Shown here piece after piece: positions 37,260 to 46,993 of a stretch of DNA of 64,000 nucleotides. The notes beneath the pieces are model-generated. The model worked only from the letters and a program-made list of their open reading frames with translations, made no database searches and was not told the DNA's origin. The translations under genes were made by a program, and so were the position numbers. Position 1 is the first letter of the stretch. Each line of letters starts with the position of its first letter. This stretch comes from an uncultured Bryobacterales bacterium (GTDB taxonomy: Bacteria > Acidobacteriota > Terriglobia > Bryobacterales > UBA6623). Where the stretch lies: NCBI GenBank assembly GCA_958295955.1, contig OY282420.1:829899-893898 (forward strand), read 5' to 3'.

Positions 37260-38459
37260 CTATGCGAATCTACGCCGGGACGGCCCCGGCCGTTGCGCCG
37301 CGCCGCGCCGCGCCGCCAGCCCCGCCGCGAAAACCCTCGCCTCGCGATCGATCGCCAACAGATCGGACACGCGCTGCGGCTCTTGAGATGCGCCGTTCGA
37401 CAGTGTCTCGGCGACGATCTCGGCAATAGCCGGAAACGGAATCCGTCCGCGCAAAAAAGCCTCCACGGCTACCTCGTCGGCCGCGTTGAGCAAACACCCG
37501 GACGCCCCGCCGCGGCGGAGCGACTCGTAAGCCAACTCCAGCAACGGAAATTTCCGGCGGTCGGGCGGTTCAAAGTCTAATTTTCGCACAGAGTCCCAGT
37601 CGATGCGTTGGCGCGGGCCGAATTCGCGGTCGGGGTAGGAAAGGGCGTAGCGGATCGGCAGCTTCATGTCCGGCGGACACATTTGCGCGATCACCGAGCC
37701 GTCGCGATATTCGACCAAGGCGTGGATTACCGATTGCGGATGGACAACGACATCGACCTCATCGGGCGAAAAGCCGAACAGATGACAGGCTTCGATCACC
37801 TCGAAACCCTTGTTCATCAGGGTGGCCGAATCTACGGTGATGCGGTTGCCCATCTTCCACGTCGGATGATCGAGGGCCTGGGCGGGCGTTACGCAAGCCA
37901 ACTCGCTTGCCGGGGTATTGCGGAAAGGCCCTCCCGACGCGGTGAGGATCAGCCTTTCGACTTCGCCGCGGCGGCCGGCCCGCAGGCACTGGTGGGCGGC
38001 GTTGTGCTCGCTGTCCACGGGCAGGATCTCGGCGCCGCTGCGCGCGGCCTCGGCCATCATCAATTCGCCGGCAACCACCAGCGCTTCCTTGTTGGCCAAG
38101 GCGACGCGCTTGCCCAAGCGGACGGCTTCGAATGTCGCTTCGAGACCGGCGACGCCGACAGCAGCGGAGACGAGCACGTCATAATCGACGCGGACGGCGG
38201 CAAGATTTCCGGCCGGACCGCAGACGATCCGGGGGCGGTAGCCGTCGATGCCGGACAAGGCGGCGGCCAGATCGGCCCTCGCGGCCTCGTCCGCGACCGA
38301 GACGATATCCGGCCGAAACTCACGCGCCTGCCGCGCCATTTCCGCGACGTTGCGCCCGGCGGCAAGCGCCGCTACCGCAACCGGGCGCTCCATCTCGCGC
38401 AGCACCTGGAGAGTGTTGCGGCCGATCGAGCCGGTCGAACCGAGTAGGGAGACTCTCAT
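37260..38459 (-). CDS. dxr: 1-deoxy-D-xylulose-5-phosphate reductoisomerase
   Basis: LGSTGSIG, LANKE, PVDSEH, TASGGPF, HPTWKMG, NKGFEVIEA. Confidence 0.97.
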   Translation of the reverse strand: MRVSLLGSTGSIGRNTLQVLREMERPVAVAALAAGRNVAEMARQAREFRPDIVSVADEAARADLAAALSGIDGYRPRIVCGPAGNLAAVRVDYDVLVSAAVGVAGLEATFEAVRLGKRVALANKEALVVAGELMMAEAARSGAEILPVDSEHNAAHQCLRAGRRGEVERLILTASGGPFRNTPASELACVTPAQALDHPTWKMGNRITVDSATLMNKGFEVIEACHLFGFSPDEVDVVVHPQSVIHALVEYRDGSVIAQMCPPDMKLPIRYALSYPDREFGPRQRIDWDSVRKLDFEPPDRRKFPLLELAYESLRRGGASGCLLNAADEVAVEAFLRGRIPFPAIAEIVAETLSNGASQEPQRVSDLLAIDREARVFAAGLAARRGAAQRPGPSRRRFA

Positions 38460-38503
38460 CGGCGATAAGACCGTTTCCAACTCATTATGCCTGCCGCCCG
38501 CGG

Positions 38504-39049
38504 CTATTCTTCGTAATCCTCGTCGGCGGCCATCGCTTCCAGCCATTCCGCATCAGTGGAGAGTTGACCGAGGGCTTCGACGATTTTTACCGCGGAGAAC
38601 CCGGCGCGGGCCAGAGAACGGTACAGGCGTCCGAGCTCTTTGCGGTCGTCGATGCGCGCCTCGCCGACAGGCCGGCCCAACTTGCGGCGCAGGAAGCGGC
38701 GGATCAACTCCAACTCGTCCGACTCGGCGTAGGTTTGCTCGACGATTCGCTCCGCGGTCGCGCGCTCGATGCCCCGCCGGCGCAACTCGCCGACAACGCG
38801 GCGGCGGCCCAGCGAATCGTATTCCCGGCGGTAATAGGAATGCGATTCCGCCGTGCGTTCGTCGTCGAGCCAGCCCCGCTCGCGGAGACGCCCGAGCACC
38901 TCGTCCACGGATTCCGGGCGCGCGGCCCGGGAACGCAGCTTGCGCTCCAACTCGGCCGCGGTGTGCGCGCGGCGGCTCAGGGCGCGGACGGCGAATTCAT
39001 AGAGCGCCGCAGGGGCGAGTTTCTTCCCGGCTGCGGCGTCGGGGCGCAT
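38504..39049 (-). CDS. recX: Regulatory protein RecX
   Basis: ALSRRAHT..EL..KL, GWLDD, G.RR...ELRRRGI, L.RAGFS. Confidence 0.88.
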   Translation of the reverse strand: MRPDAAAGKKLAPAALYEFAVRALSRRAHTAAELERKLRSRAARPESVDEVLGRLRERGWLDDERTAESHSYYRREYDSLGRRRVVGELRRRGIERATAERIVEQTYAESDELELIRRFLRRKLGRPVGEARIDDRKELGRLYRSLARAGFSAVKIVEALGQLSTDAEWLEAMAADEDYEE

Positions 39050-39084
39050 AGCTTGATTTTACGTCCACGTCGGAGCGCTACGAT

Positions 39085-40434
39085 ATGGGCATGCTTACAG
39101 CCGTCGGCGCCCGCTTGGCCGCAATGATGTTCATCCAGTTTTTCGTCTGGGGGGCGTGGTACGTGGGCGCTCCGCTCTACCTGGGGAAGATCGGCTTTTC
39201 CGGCGCCGACCTGGGACTGACCTATTCCGTCGGGCCGCTCGCGGCGATCCTCTCGCCGTTTTTCGTCGGCATGATCGCGGACCGCTTCTTCAACACCGAG
39301 AAGATTCTCGGCGCGCTGCACATCCTCGGCGGAGCCTTTATGCTGTTTGCGGCGGGGCTGATGAACCCCGAGGCGCCGGCAAAGCCGTTTACGATCAACA
39401 TGGTTTTCCTGGCGCACACGCTTTGCTACTTCCCCACGCTGGCGTTGACGAACTCGCTGGCGATGCGCCACGTGACGGATTCGCAAAAGGAGTTCCCATT
39501 GATCCGCGTGTTCGGCACGATCGGCTGGATCGTTGCCGGGGTTGCGCTGGCCCGGGTCGGCTGGGGAGACCGCATCGAGATGTTCCACCTGACCGGGATT
39601 GCGGGCATCCTGATGGGCCTCTACTGTTTCTCGCTGCCGCGCACGCCGCCGCCTCTGGCCGGGCAGCAAGTTTCGGCCCGCCGGTTGATCGGCGCCGATG
39701 CGTTCGTGTTGTTCAAGCAGCGGTCGTTCGCGGTTTTCATGGCCGGCTCGTTTCTGGTTTGCATCCCGTTGGCCTTCTATTACCAATTGGCGGCGAAGGC
39801 GGCGCAGCAAGCAGGCATTGCCGACGTGACCCAGGCAATGAGCTACGGGCAGATGTCGGAAATCCTGTTCATGGTTCTGATGCCGCTGTTTTTCAAGCGG
39901 CTGGGCGTGAAATGGATGCTGGCGGTGGGCATGGCGGCATGGGTGCTGCGTTACGCGCTTTTCGCCGTCGGCGCGCCGGATGCCGTCCGCTGGATGATGC
40001 TGGGCGGCATCGTGCTGCACGGGATTTGCTACGACTTCTTTTTCGTCACGGGTCAGATTTATACCGACCAGGCGGCGCCGAAGGAAATCCGCGCCCAGGC
40101 GCAGGGGATGCTGGTGCTGTTCACGCTGGGATTGGGGATGTTGATCGGCGCCCAGGTCGCGGGGATAGTCGAAGAGCGGAACACCCCGCGGGAGTCGCGG
40201 ACTCTGAGCGCCGAGGTGCTCGATCTGGGCGCCCGCATCGCGCGCTTGCAGGAAGCGGGAGGGAGCGCGGAAGAGATCGACGCGTTGCAAGCCGAGCAGA
40301 CGGCGAAATCGACGCGGGCCTTGCAGGCGATCGATTGGCGCTCGCTGTGGACGCTGCCGGCCGTGTTGGCGGGCTTGGTGCTGGCGGTTTTCCTGGCGCT
40401 GTTCCAAGACCGCGGCGCGGCTCGACCGCGGTGA
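39085..40434 (+). CDS. MFS nucleoside:H+ symporter (NupG/XapB-like)
   Basis: MMFIQFFVWGAW, IADRFF, RVFGTIGW, GQMSE, LHGICYDFFF. Confidence 0.9.
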   Translation: MGMLTAVGARLAAMMFIQFFVWGAWYVGAPLYLGKIGFSGADLGLTYSVGPLAAILSPFFVGMIADRFFNTEKILGALHILGGAFMLFAAGLMNPEAPAKPFTINMVFLAHTLCYFPTLALTNSLAMRHVTDSQKEFPLIRVFGTIGWIVAGVALARVGWGDRIEMFHLTGIAGILMGLYCFSLPRTPPPLAGQQVSARRLIGADAFVLFKQRSFAVFMAGSFLVCIPLAFYYQLAAKAAQQAGIADVTQAMSYGQMSEILFMVLMPLFFKRLGVKWMLAVGMAAWVLRYALFAVGAPDAVRWMMLGGIVLHGICYDFFFVTGQIYTDQAAPKEIRAQAQGMLVLFTLGLGMLIGAQVAGIVEERNTPRESRTLSAEVLDLGARIARLQEAGGSAEEIDALQAEQTAKSTRALQAIDWRSLWTLPAVLAGLVLAVFLALFQDRGAARPR

Positions 40435-40468
40435 CGGGAGTCGCAGCGACATCTTATATACTGTTTCA

Positions 40469-40765
40469 GTGGCGATTCGGGGATTCAAGCACGAAGGCTT
40501 GCAGTTGCTTTTCGAGCAGCAGATGGAGTTGAAGCTGCCGGCAAAGCAACTGCGGCGGGTGCGGTATATCCTGACGATTCTGGATGCCGACATCTTTTTC
40601 CTGCCGGCCTCCAGGGGCTATAACTTGCAGCCGCTGAAAGGCGCCCGCAAAGGCGAGTGGGCGGTGAAGGTGTCGGCCGGGCGGCGGGTAACTTTCCGGC
40701 TTGAGGACGGCGGCGCCTACGACGTGGACTTGATCGAACGCCGTAAAAGGGCAGCGAAACTATGA
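40469..40765 (+). CDS. higB: HigB/RelE-family toxin, apparently degenerate
   Basis: IRGFKH.GL..LF, PLKG.RKG.WAVKV, RVTF; lacks the usual C-terminal DYH. Confidence 0.75.
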   Translation: MAIRGFKHEGLQLLFEQQMELKLPAKQLRRVRYILTILDADIFFLPASRGYNLQPLKGARKGEWAVKVSAGRRVTFRLEDGGAYDVDLIERRKRAAKL

Positions 40766-41115
40766 ACGACGGAGTGAGAGAAGACGCGGCGATGCGCGTG
40801 AGCCCGCTGCATCCCGGCGGCGCCATCCACGCGCTGTATATGAAGAGCGCCGACGACCGCGCGGACAATATCAGCTACGTCGAAGCGGCTGCGAGGTTGG
40901 GAGTTTCGCGGGTGACGTTGTCCCGTATCGTCAACGGACACGCAGGGATAACGACCGACGTGGCGTTGAAGCTGGAAGCCGTCGGCTGGGGAACCGCCGA
41001 CGGGTGGTTGCAGATGCAGATCAATTACAACTTGGCGGAAGCCCGCAAGCAGCGGCAACAACCCAAGCCGCGAGTCGAGGATATGCTCTCGGAGTTGGAA
41101 TCGACTGCCGCATGA
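40762..41115 (+). CDS. higA: HigA-family antitoxin (XRE HTH)
   Basis: PLHPG, AA.LGVSRVTLSRIVNG..GIT.DVALKL, WLQMQ.NY.L; overlaps higB. Confidence 0.88.
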   Translation: MNDGVREDAAMRVSPLHPGGAIHALYMKSADDRADNISYVEAAARLGVSRVTLSRIVNGHAGITTDVALKLEAVGWGTADGWLQMQINYNLAEARKQRQQPKPRVEDMLSELESTAA

Positions 41116-41153
41116 GCGCCCCGGCCGCGTGACTTTGTGCGCAGGCCGCTGCG

Positions 41154-42680
41154 TCAGTCCGGCAGCGGGGCCGGCATGCCTTCGATCTTCCAGTCGGGAT
41201 TGAGCAGCACCGACCGGCGCGTGAGCGGGGAGGTGAACGGGTAGCTGTCCCAGATCGCAGAGCCGTTTTGACGCGGGTCGCCGGTTTGCTGCAGATAGGC
41301 GTTGAGCTTCCAGATCAGGTTCTGCTTGACTTGGCTCATCGCCGGGTCGGCGGCGATGTTGTGAAGCTGGTCGGGGTCTTTCTCCATGTCGTAAAGCTCT
41401 TCTCCGGGACGGCGGCCGTAGGCCATGAGGTAGTAGCGCCGCACTGCGGGATCGAGCGCGTGCTCCATGAGGTACGCCTTGGTGACGCCGCGGTCCACGT
41501 CGCCGAAGAAGCCTTGCGGGGGCGCGTTGAAGTCCGGGTCGCCGGCCGGCCAACGGTCGGGCTCGTAGTTGCGGATGTAGGCGTACTTGTGCGTGCGGAT
41601 GGCCCGCATGGGGTAGCCCACGCCGCCGCGGCGGGCGACGGTGTGGCGCTCGAACGCGGTCACGACGAAGTCGCGGGTCTCATCGACAATGCCGGACTTG
41701 CTCGACCGGAGCACCGGCCAGAAGCTGCGGCCCGACATTTCGGGATGAACATCGAGGCCGGCCGCCTGCAGCACGGTCGGCGCGATGTCGGCGAGGCTGA
41801 CAAAGTCGTCGACCTTGCGGCCGCCGGGGATTGTTCCGGGCAAGCGGACCGCCAGCGGAACCTGCGTGCCGCCGTCGTAGAGATTGCACTTGGAGCGCGG
41901 CAGCGGGTTGCCGTGGTCGCTGGTGACGATGACCAGCGTGTTGTCCAACTCGCCGGCCTCCTCGATCGTCCGCAGCGCGCGGCCGAGATGATTGTCGAAG
42001 TGTTCGATCTCCAGGCCGTAGTCGAGAATCTCGCCGCGCACTTCGGGTGCGTCGGGCAGGAACTTGGGCAGGCGGGCGTCCTCGAGTTTTTTGCCGGCCC
42101 GCTTCCAGGCGCCGATGTCGTAGCGCTGGTGGGGCTCGCTCGTGCCCAGCCAGAAGAAGAACGGCTTGTCTTCGTCGCGCTGCGCAAAGAACTCGTCGAA
42201 GTTGGCGGCGTAGTCGACCGGGTTGAGGCCGGGGCGGCGCTGCGCGTCGGGCAGCTTGTGCGTGTCGATTTTCTTGCCGAAGATTTCGCGCTTCCAGCCT
42301 TCCAGTCGGCCGGGACCCCAGGTCTTTCCGGTGGCGCCGAGCTGGTAACCGGCATCTTCGAGCAACAGCGTAAAAACCGTGAACTTGGCGCGCAGGATGC
42401 CCAGCAGAATGCCGCCCTCCTCGACTTCCCAGATGTTGCGCCCGGTCAGGATCGCGCTGCGCGACGGCGCGCACGAAGGGGCCGCGGTGTAGGCGTAGTG
42501 GAACAGCACGCCCTCGCGGGCGATGCGGTCGAATGCCGGCGTGCGGTTCGAGGTGTCGCCGTAAGCGCCGGCATGCATCGCCGACTGGTCGTCGGAGATG
42601 GCGAACAGGATGTTCGGGCGGTCGGATTGGGCGAAGGCGGCCGAAGCGGCCAGCAGCAAGACGAGCGGTAAGTTGCGCAT
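41154..42680 (-). CDS. Sulfatase (sulfamidase-like)
   Basis: SDDQ, CAPSRSAILTG, EPH, TSDHG, RSKCNLYD. Confidence 0.92.
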   Translation of the reverse strand: MRNLPLVLLLAASAAFAQSDRPNILFAISDDQSAMHAGAYGDTSNRTPAFDRIAREGVLFHYAYTAAPSCAPSRSAILTGRNIWEVEEGGILLGILRAKFTVFTLLLEDAGYQLGATGKTWGPGRLEGWKREIFGKKIDTHKLPDAQRRPGLNPVDYAANFDEFFAQRDEDKPFFFWLGTSEPHQRYDIGAWKRAGKKLEDARLPKFLPDAPEVRGEILDYGLEIEHFDNHLGRALRTIEEAGELDNTLVIVTSDHGNPLPRSKCNLYDGGTQVPLAVRLPGTIPGGRKVDDFVSLADIAPTVLQAAGLDVHPEMSGRSFWPVLRSSKSGIVDETRDFVVTAFERHTVARRGGVGYPMRAIRTHKYAYIRNYEPDRWPAGDPDFNAPPQGFFGDVDRGVTKAYLMEHALDPAVRRYYLMAYGRRPGEELYDMEKDPDQLHNIAADPAMSQVKQNLIWKLNAYLQQTGDPRQNGSAIWDSYPFTSPLTRRSVLLNPDWKIEGMPAPLPD

Positions 42681-42743
42681 GAACGGCATTATCGCACCGC
42701 TTGCGCGGGACGGTCCGCTTAGGCGTGAAGCAACGCGGGGCGC

Positions 42744-44177
42744 CTACGCCAGGAGCTTCTGCCGGACGATGCCATGGACGTCGGTGAGCCGGAAGTCCCG
42801 GCCCATGAACTTGTAGGTGAATTTCTCGTGGTCGAAGCCCATCTGATGCAGGATCGTCGCCTGCAGATCGTGGACGTGGACCGGGTCTTCGGTGATATTC
42901 AGGCAGAACTCGTCGGTCGCGCCGTGGACGTACCCGGCCTTCACCCCGCCGCCGGCCAGCCACATGGAATAGGCGCCGGGTTGGTGGTCGCGGCCGGCGT
43001 TGGCCGCTTCCTCGGGCTTGCGGATCTCGACCATCGGCGTGCGTCCGAACTCGCCGCCCCAGACGACGAGCGTTTCATCGAGCAGCCCGAGACGCTTGAG
43101 GTCCGCGACGAGCGCCGCCGTCGGCTGGTCGATCTCTTCCATGCGTTGGGGCAGCTTGCGGTTGAGATAGGTATGGTCGTCCCATGAAGCGTCCATCATC
43201 AGCACGGCGCGCACGCCGCGCTCGACCAGGCGGCGCGCGAGCAGGCAGTTGACGGCGTATTGCCGGCGGTGCTCGTTATCGCTCTCGATGCCGTACATCT
43301 CGATGACGTGCGCGGGTTCGTCGGAGAAATCCATCAACTCCGGCGCTTCCATTTGCATGCGGAAGGCGAGTTCGTAGGCGTTGATGCGCGAGGCGATCTC
43401 TTCGTCGCCGGTTTGCCCGTGATGCATGCGGTTCATGTCGTTCACGAAATCGATGGTTTCGCGCTGCGTTTCACGGTCGATGCCCTCGGGGTTCGACAGA
43501 TAGAGGATCGGGTCGCCCTGGTTGCGGAACAGCGTGCCCTGGTAGTGCGACGGCAGGAAGCCCGATGAAAAATTCGTCGTGCCCCCGGACGTGCCCTTGC
43601 CGGAGGAAAGGACGACGAAGCCGGGCAAGTTCTGCGATTCGCTGCCGAGGCCGTAGAGCAGCCAGGAGCCCAACGTCGGCCGGCCGGGCAGGGGGGAGCC
43701 GGTGAACAGCATCAACTGGCCGGGGTGGTGGTTGAAAGAATCCTGATGCATCGAACGGATCAGGCAGATGTCGTCGGCGATCGCTCCGAGGCGCGGCGCC
43801 AATTCCGAAAGCTCCATGCCGCAGCGGCCGTGCGGCTTGAAGGCGTAGCGGTTGGCCATCACCTTGGCGGTCGGTTTGATAAACGGCAGCTTCAGGTTTT
43901 TGGTGATCGAGGCGGGGAACGAGCGGCCGTCCCACTTCTCGAGCGCGGGTTTGGGGTCGAACAGCTCGTACTGGCTCGGACCGCCTTCCATGAACATGAA
44001 AACGATGTTCTTGGCCTTCGGCGCAAAGTGCGGGGCCTTGGGCGCGAGCGGGTCCGCGGCGGCCGTCAGACCGTCGGCGGACAGCAACTCCGCCAAGGCG
44101 GCCATGCCGATGCCGCCGGCTGTCGATTGCAGAAAACGGCGGCGGGATTCAAGCGCTCGAAACGTTTGCGGCGTCAT
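42744..44177 (-). CDS. DUF1501-family Tat protein
   Basis: SRRRFL, FMEGGPSQ..FDPKP, LLARRLVERGVR, WDDH, GEFGRTP, GRDH, HVHDL.ATIL. Confidence 0.9.
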   Translation of the reverse strand: MTPQTFRALESRRRFLQSTAGGIGMAALAELLSADGLTAAADPLAPKAPHFAPKAKNIVFMFMEGGPSQYELFDPKPALEKWDGRSFPASITKNLKLPFIKPTAKVMANRYAFKPHGRCGMELSELAPRLGAIADDICLIRSMHQDSFNHHPGQLMLFTGSPLPGRPTLGSWLLYGLGSESQNLPGFVVLSSGKGTSGGTTNFSSGFLPSHYQGTLFRNQGDPILYLSNPEGIDRETQRETIDFVNDMNRMHHGQTGDEEIASRINAYELAFRMQMEAPELMDFSDEPAHVIEMYGIESDNEHRRQYAVNCLLARRLVERGVRAVLMMDASWDDHTYLNRKLPQRMEEIDQPTAALVADLKRLGLLDETLVVWGGEFGRTPMVEIRKPEEAANAGRDHQPGAYSMWLAGGGVKAGYVHGATDEFCLNITEDPVHVHDLQATILHQMGFDHEKFTYKFMGRDFRLTDVHGIVRQKLLA

Positions 44178-44296
44178 CGCTGCTCCCCATTGTAGTGGAG
44201 AGTGAATAGTGGAAAACGGGGAGCAAGACCACTGCGCGGAACGGCCGCGGCAACCCGCCCGGGGCAAGCTGGTAAAATTTTGTGCTGCTTGTGGAG

Positions 44297-45301
44297 ATGG
44301 GGTTGGTATTCGAGAATGTCCGCTATGCGCGCCCCGGCGGGGATCTCGAGGTTGCCTGGAACATCCCTTCGGGAGCGTTCGTCGGCCTGGTCGGACCCAA
44401 CGGCTGCGGCGCCGAAGATGTCTTGCGGCTGGCCGGCGGACTCGCCAAGCCGCAAGCGGGGCGCATCGCCTGCCGCGGCGCGAGGCTTGCCGCGGCGTCG
44501 CTGAGCTCGGCGGACCCCGAGGCCGTGCGCCGCTCGATCGCCGCGGCGGTCGAAGATGCCCCGGCGGCGCTGCTGCTCGGGCCTTCGCCGGCGTTGATCG
44601 ACCGCGCCGGTCTCATGGGGCTGCTCGCGGACCTTCACCGGCTGCAGCGCGCCGGAACGACCATCGTGTTCTTTACCCATGACCTCGGTCTGCTGGAGCG
44701 GCACGCCGACGAGGTTGCCGCGTTCGAGGCCGGAAAGATCGTCGACCGCGGCGACCCGCGCAGCGTTCTCGGACGCTACCGCGAACGGGAGCTGCGCCGG
44801 GAGGCCGCGGCGGCTCGCGGCAACGGCATGCAGCCCGTGGAGCGCCGCGGCGACGGCCGCATCCGCGTCGAGTCCGTGCGGCTGACCGACGCGGACGGGA
44901 ACGATGCGGCCTTCATCCGCAGCGGGGCGGCAGCGACGGTCGAAGTGCGCCTGCGGGCGGCGCAAGAGGTTGCCGAAACCGTCGTCGGCATCATGATCCG
45001 CAGCCGCATCGGCGTCACCGTTTACGGCACGAATACCGAGTTGGAAGGCCTCGCGTTGGGCGCGCCGGCGCCCGGCGAGCGCGCCGTGGTCCGCTTTGTC
45101 TTCGACTGTGCTCTCTGTCCGGGGGAATACACGCTGACCGCCGCGTCGCACGAGCCGGACGGCACGGCGCACGATTGGCTGGAAGAAGCGCTTTTCTTTA
45201 CGGTGGAAGACGACCGTTACACTGCGGGAGTGGCCAACCTGCGGGCGCGCGTAACGGTCGAAAAATACCGCAAGACAGGGACGCGGCAAGACATTCCATG
45301 A
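44297..45301 (+). CDS. Degenerate ABC ATPase fused to a Wzt C-terminal carbohydrate-binding domain
   Basis: Walker A reads GPNGCGAE, Walker B reads LLLGP, H-loop THD retained; C-terminal G.G..RV..V.L, VGIMI....G..VYGTNT, LCPGEYTL, HDW. Confidence 0.75.
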   Translation: MGLVFENVRYARPGGDLEVAWNIPSGAFVGLVGPNGCGAEDVLRLAGGLAKPQAGRIACRGARLAAASLSSADPEAVRRSIAAAVEDAPAALLLGPSPALIDRAGLMGLLADLHRLQRAGTTIVFFTHDLGLLERHADEVAAFEAGKIVDRGDPRSVLGRYRERELRREAAAARGNGMQPVERRGDGRIRVESVRLTDADGNDAAFIRSGAAATVEVRLRAAQEVAETVVGIMIRSRIGVTVYGTNTELEGLALGAPAPGERAVVRFVFDCALCPGEYTLTAASHEPDGTAHDWLEEALFFTVEDDRYTAGVANLRARVTVEKYRKTGTRQDIP

Positions 45302-45332
45302 GCGTGTGTTACCGTCGAGAACGGGCCGCCCG

Positions 45333-46271
45333 ATGCCTGTAGTTCCCGCAGTCGAAGTCTCGAACGTCGTCTTTCGCTACGGCGACGCCGTTGCGCTCGA
45401 CGGCGTGGGGTTTACCGTCCGTCCGGGGGAGATTTTCGGACTGCTGGGGCCGAACGGCGGCGGCAAGACGACGCTGTTCCGCATACTCTCGACGCTGCTG
45501 GCCCCCGGCAGCGGCGCGGCGCGGATTTTCGGTTGGGACGTTACCAAAGAAGCCCTCAAGGTGCGCGGGCAAATCGGCGTCGTTTTCCAGAATCAGAGCC
45601 TCGACAGACGGTTGAGCGTCGTGGAGAACCTCGTGCATCAGGGCCGTCTGCACGGACTTCGCGGCGCGGCTCTGACGCGGCGCATCGACGAAGCGCTGGA
45701 CAAGGTGCGCCTCGGCGAGCGGCGCGGCGAGCGCATCGAAACGCTTTCCGGCGGCCTGCGGCGGCGTGTCGAGCTTGCCAAGAGTCTGCTGCACCGCCCC
45801 CGCCTGCTGCTGCTCGACGAGCCGGGCACAGGGATCGATCCGGGCATGCGCCGCGAGTTCTGGAAACACATCGAAGACCTCAGAAGCGTCGAGGGGGTAA
45901 CCGTGCTGCTGACCACGCACTTGCTCGATGAAGCCGACAACTGCGATCGGCTGGCGATTCTCGACCGGGGGAAGCTCATCGGCGAGGGCGCGCCCTCCGC
46001 GCTCAAAGACGAAATCGGCGATGAGGTCGTTTCCCTCGTAGCCTCCGAGCCGCGCGGCCTGGCGGAACGGTTGCGCCGCGAATTTTCGATTGAAGCGTAC
46101 GTGGCGGCCGGCGCGGTGCGATTCGAGCACCCCGAGGGGTCGAAATGGGCCGCCCGCATCATGGAAGAATTCGGCCCGCGCATCGAGTCGGCGACCGTCT
46201 CGCGGCCCAGCCTCGCGGACGTGTTCATTCGCAAGACCGGGCACGGATTCAACGGAGGACAAGCGGTTTGA
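45333..46271 (+). CDS. ABC transporter ATP-binding protein (DrrA/ABC-2 type)
   Basis: GPNGGGKTT, LSGG, LLLDEP, TTH. Confidence 0.93.
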   Translation: MPVVPAVEVSNVVFRYGDAVALDGVGFTVRPGEIFGLLGPNGGGKTTLFRILSTLLAPGSGAARIFGWDVTKEALKVRGQIGVVFQNQSLDRRLSVVENLVHQGRLHGLRGAALTRRIDEALDKVRLGERRGERIETLSGGLRRRVELAKSLLHRPRLLLLDEPGTGIDPGMRREFWKHIEDLRSVEGVTVLLTTHLLDEADNCDRLAILDRGKLIGEGAPSALKDEIGDEVVSLVASEPRGLAERLRREFSIEAYVAAGAVRFEHPEGSKWAARIMEEFGPRIESATVSRPSLADVFIRKTGHGFNGGQAV

Positions 46272-46987
46272 GCCCGCCGGCCGTGCATGTTCTGGCGGTC
46301 GCCGCGCATCCCGACGACGTTGAGCAGACCTGCGGCGGGACGCTGATCCGCATGGCCGAAAAGGGCTACCGCACGGCGATTCTCGACTTGACCGCCGGCG
46401 AGGCGGGCACGCGCGGCAGCAGCGAAGAACGCGCCGCGGAAGCCGCGCAGGCCGCCGCCATCATGCTGGTTGCCGAGCGCCGCAACGCCGGACTGCCGGA
46501 TGCCCGCCTGGAAAACACTTTCGCAGCCAAGCTGAGGATCGCCGCCGAGATACGCGAGTTGCGCCCGCAAGTCGTGATTCTTCCCTATTGGCAGGCGCGC
46601 CACCCGGACCACTACCGCTGCTCGGAATTGGGCTACGAGGCTTGCTTTCTGGCCGGCCTGCGCAAGCTCGAGATCGAGGGCGAGCCGCACCGCCCGCGGA
46701 AGATACTTTATGCGTCGATCTATGCGGATGTGAAGCCCAGCTTCGTGGTGGATATCTCGGCGCAGTTCGAAAGGCGGCTGCAGGCGCTGCTCCGTTACCG
46801 CTCGCAGTACGCCGACCGCGCCGGCGAGTCCGGCTTGTTTCCGCGCGAGGAAGAGGTTGCCGAGCGCATCCGCGCCGCGGCCCGCGCCTACGGCATGGCG
46901 ATCGATGCGCGCTACGGCGAGCCTTTCGTCGTCAAGGAGACGATGAGCGTGGACGACATCGCGCGCCTGGATGTCAAGAGCATTTGA
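46268..46987 (+). CDS. bshB1: PIG-L/LmbE deacetylase, BshB1-like
   Basis: AHPDDVE..CGG, DLTAGEAGTRG, RHPDH, VVDIS, SQ; TTG start overlaps the upstream stop. Confidence 0.8.
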   Translation: MSPPAVHVLAVAAHPDDVEQTCGGTLIRMAEKGYRTAILDLTAGEAGTRGSSEERAAEAAQAAAIMLVAERRNAGLPDARLENTFAAKLRIAAEIRELRPQVVILPYWQARHPDHYRCSELGYEACFLAGLRKLEIEGEPHRPRKILYASIYADVKPSFVVDISAQFERRLQALLRYRSQYADRAGESGLFPREEEVAERIRAAARAYGMAIDARYGEPFVVKETMSVDDIARLDVKSI

Positions 46988-46993
46988 GGCCGT

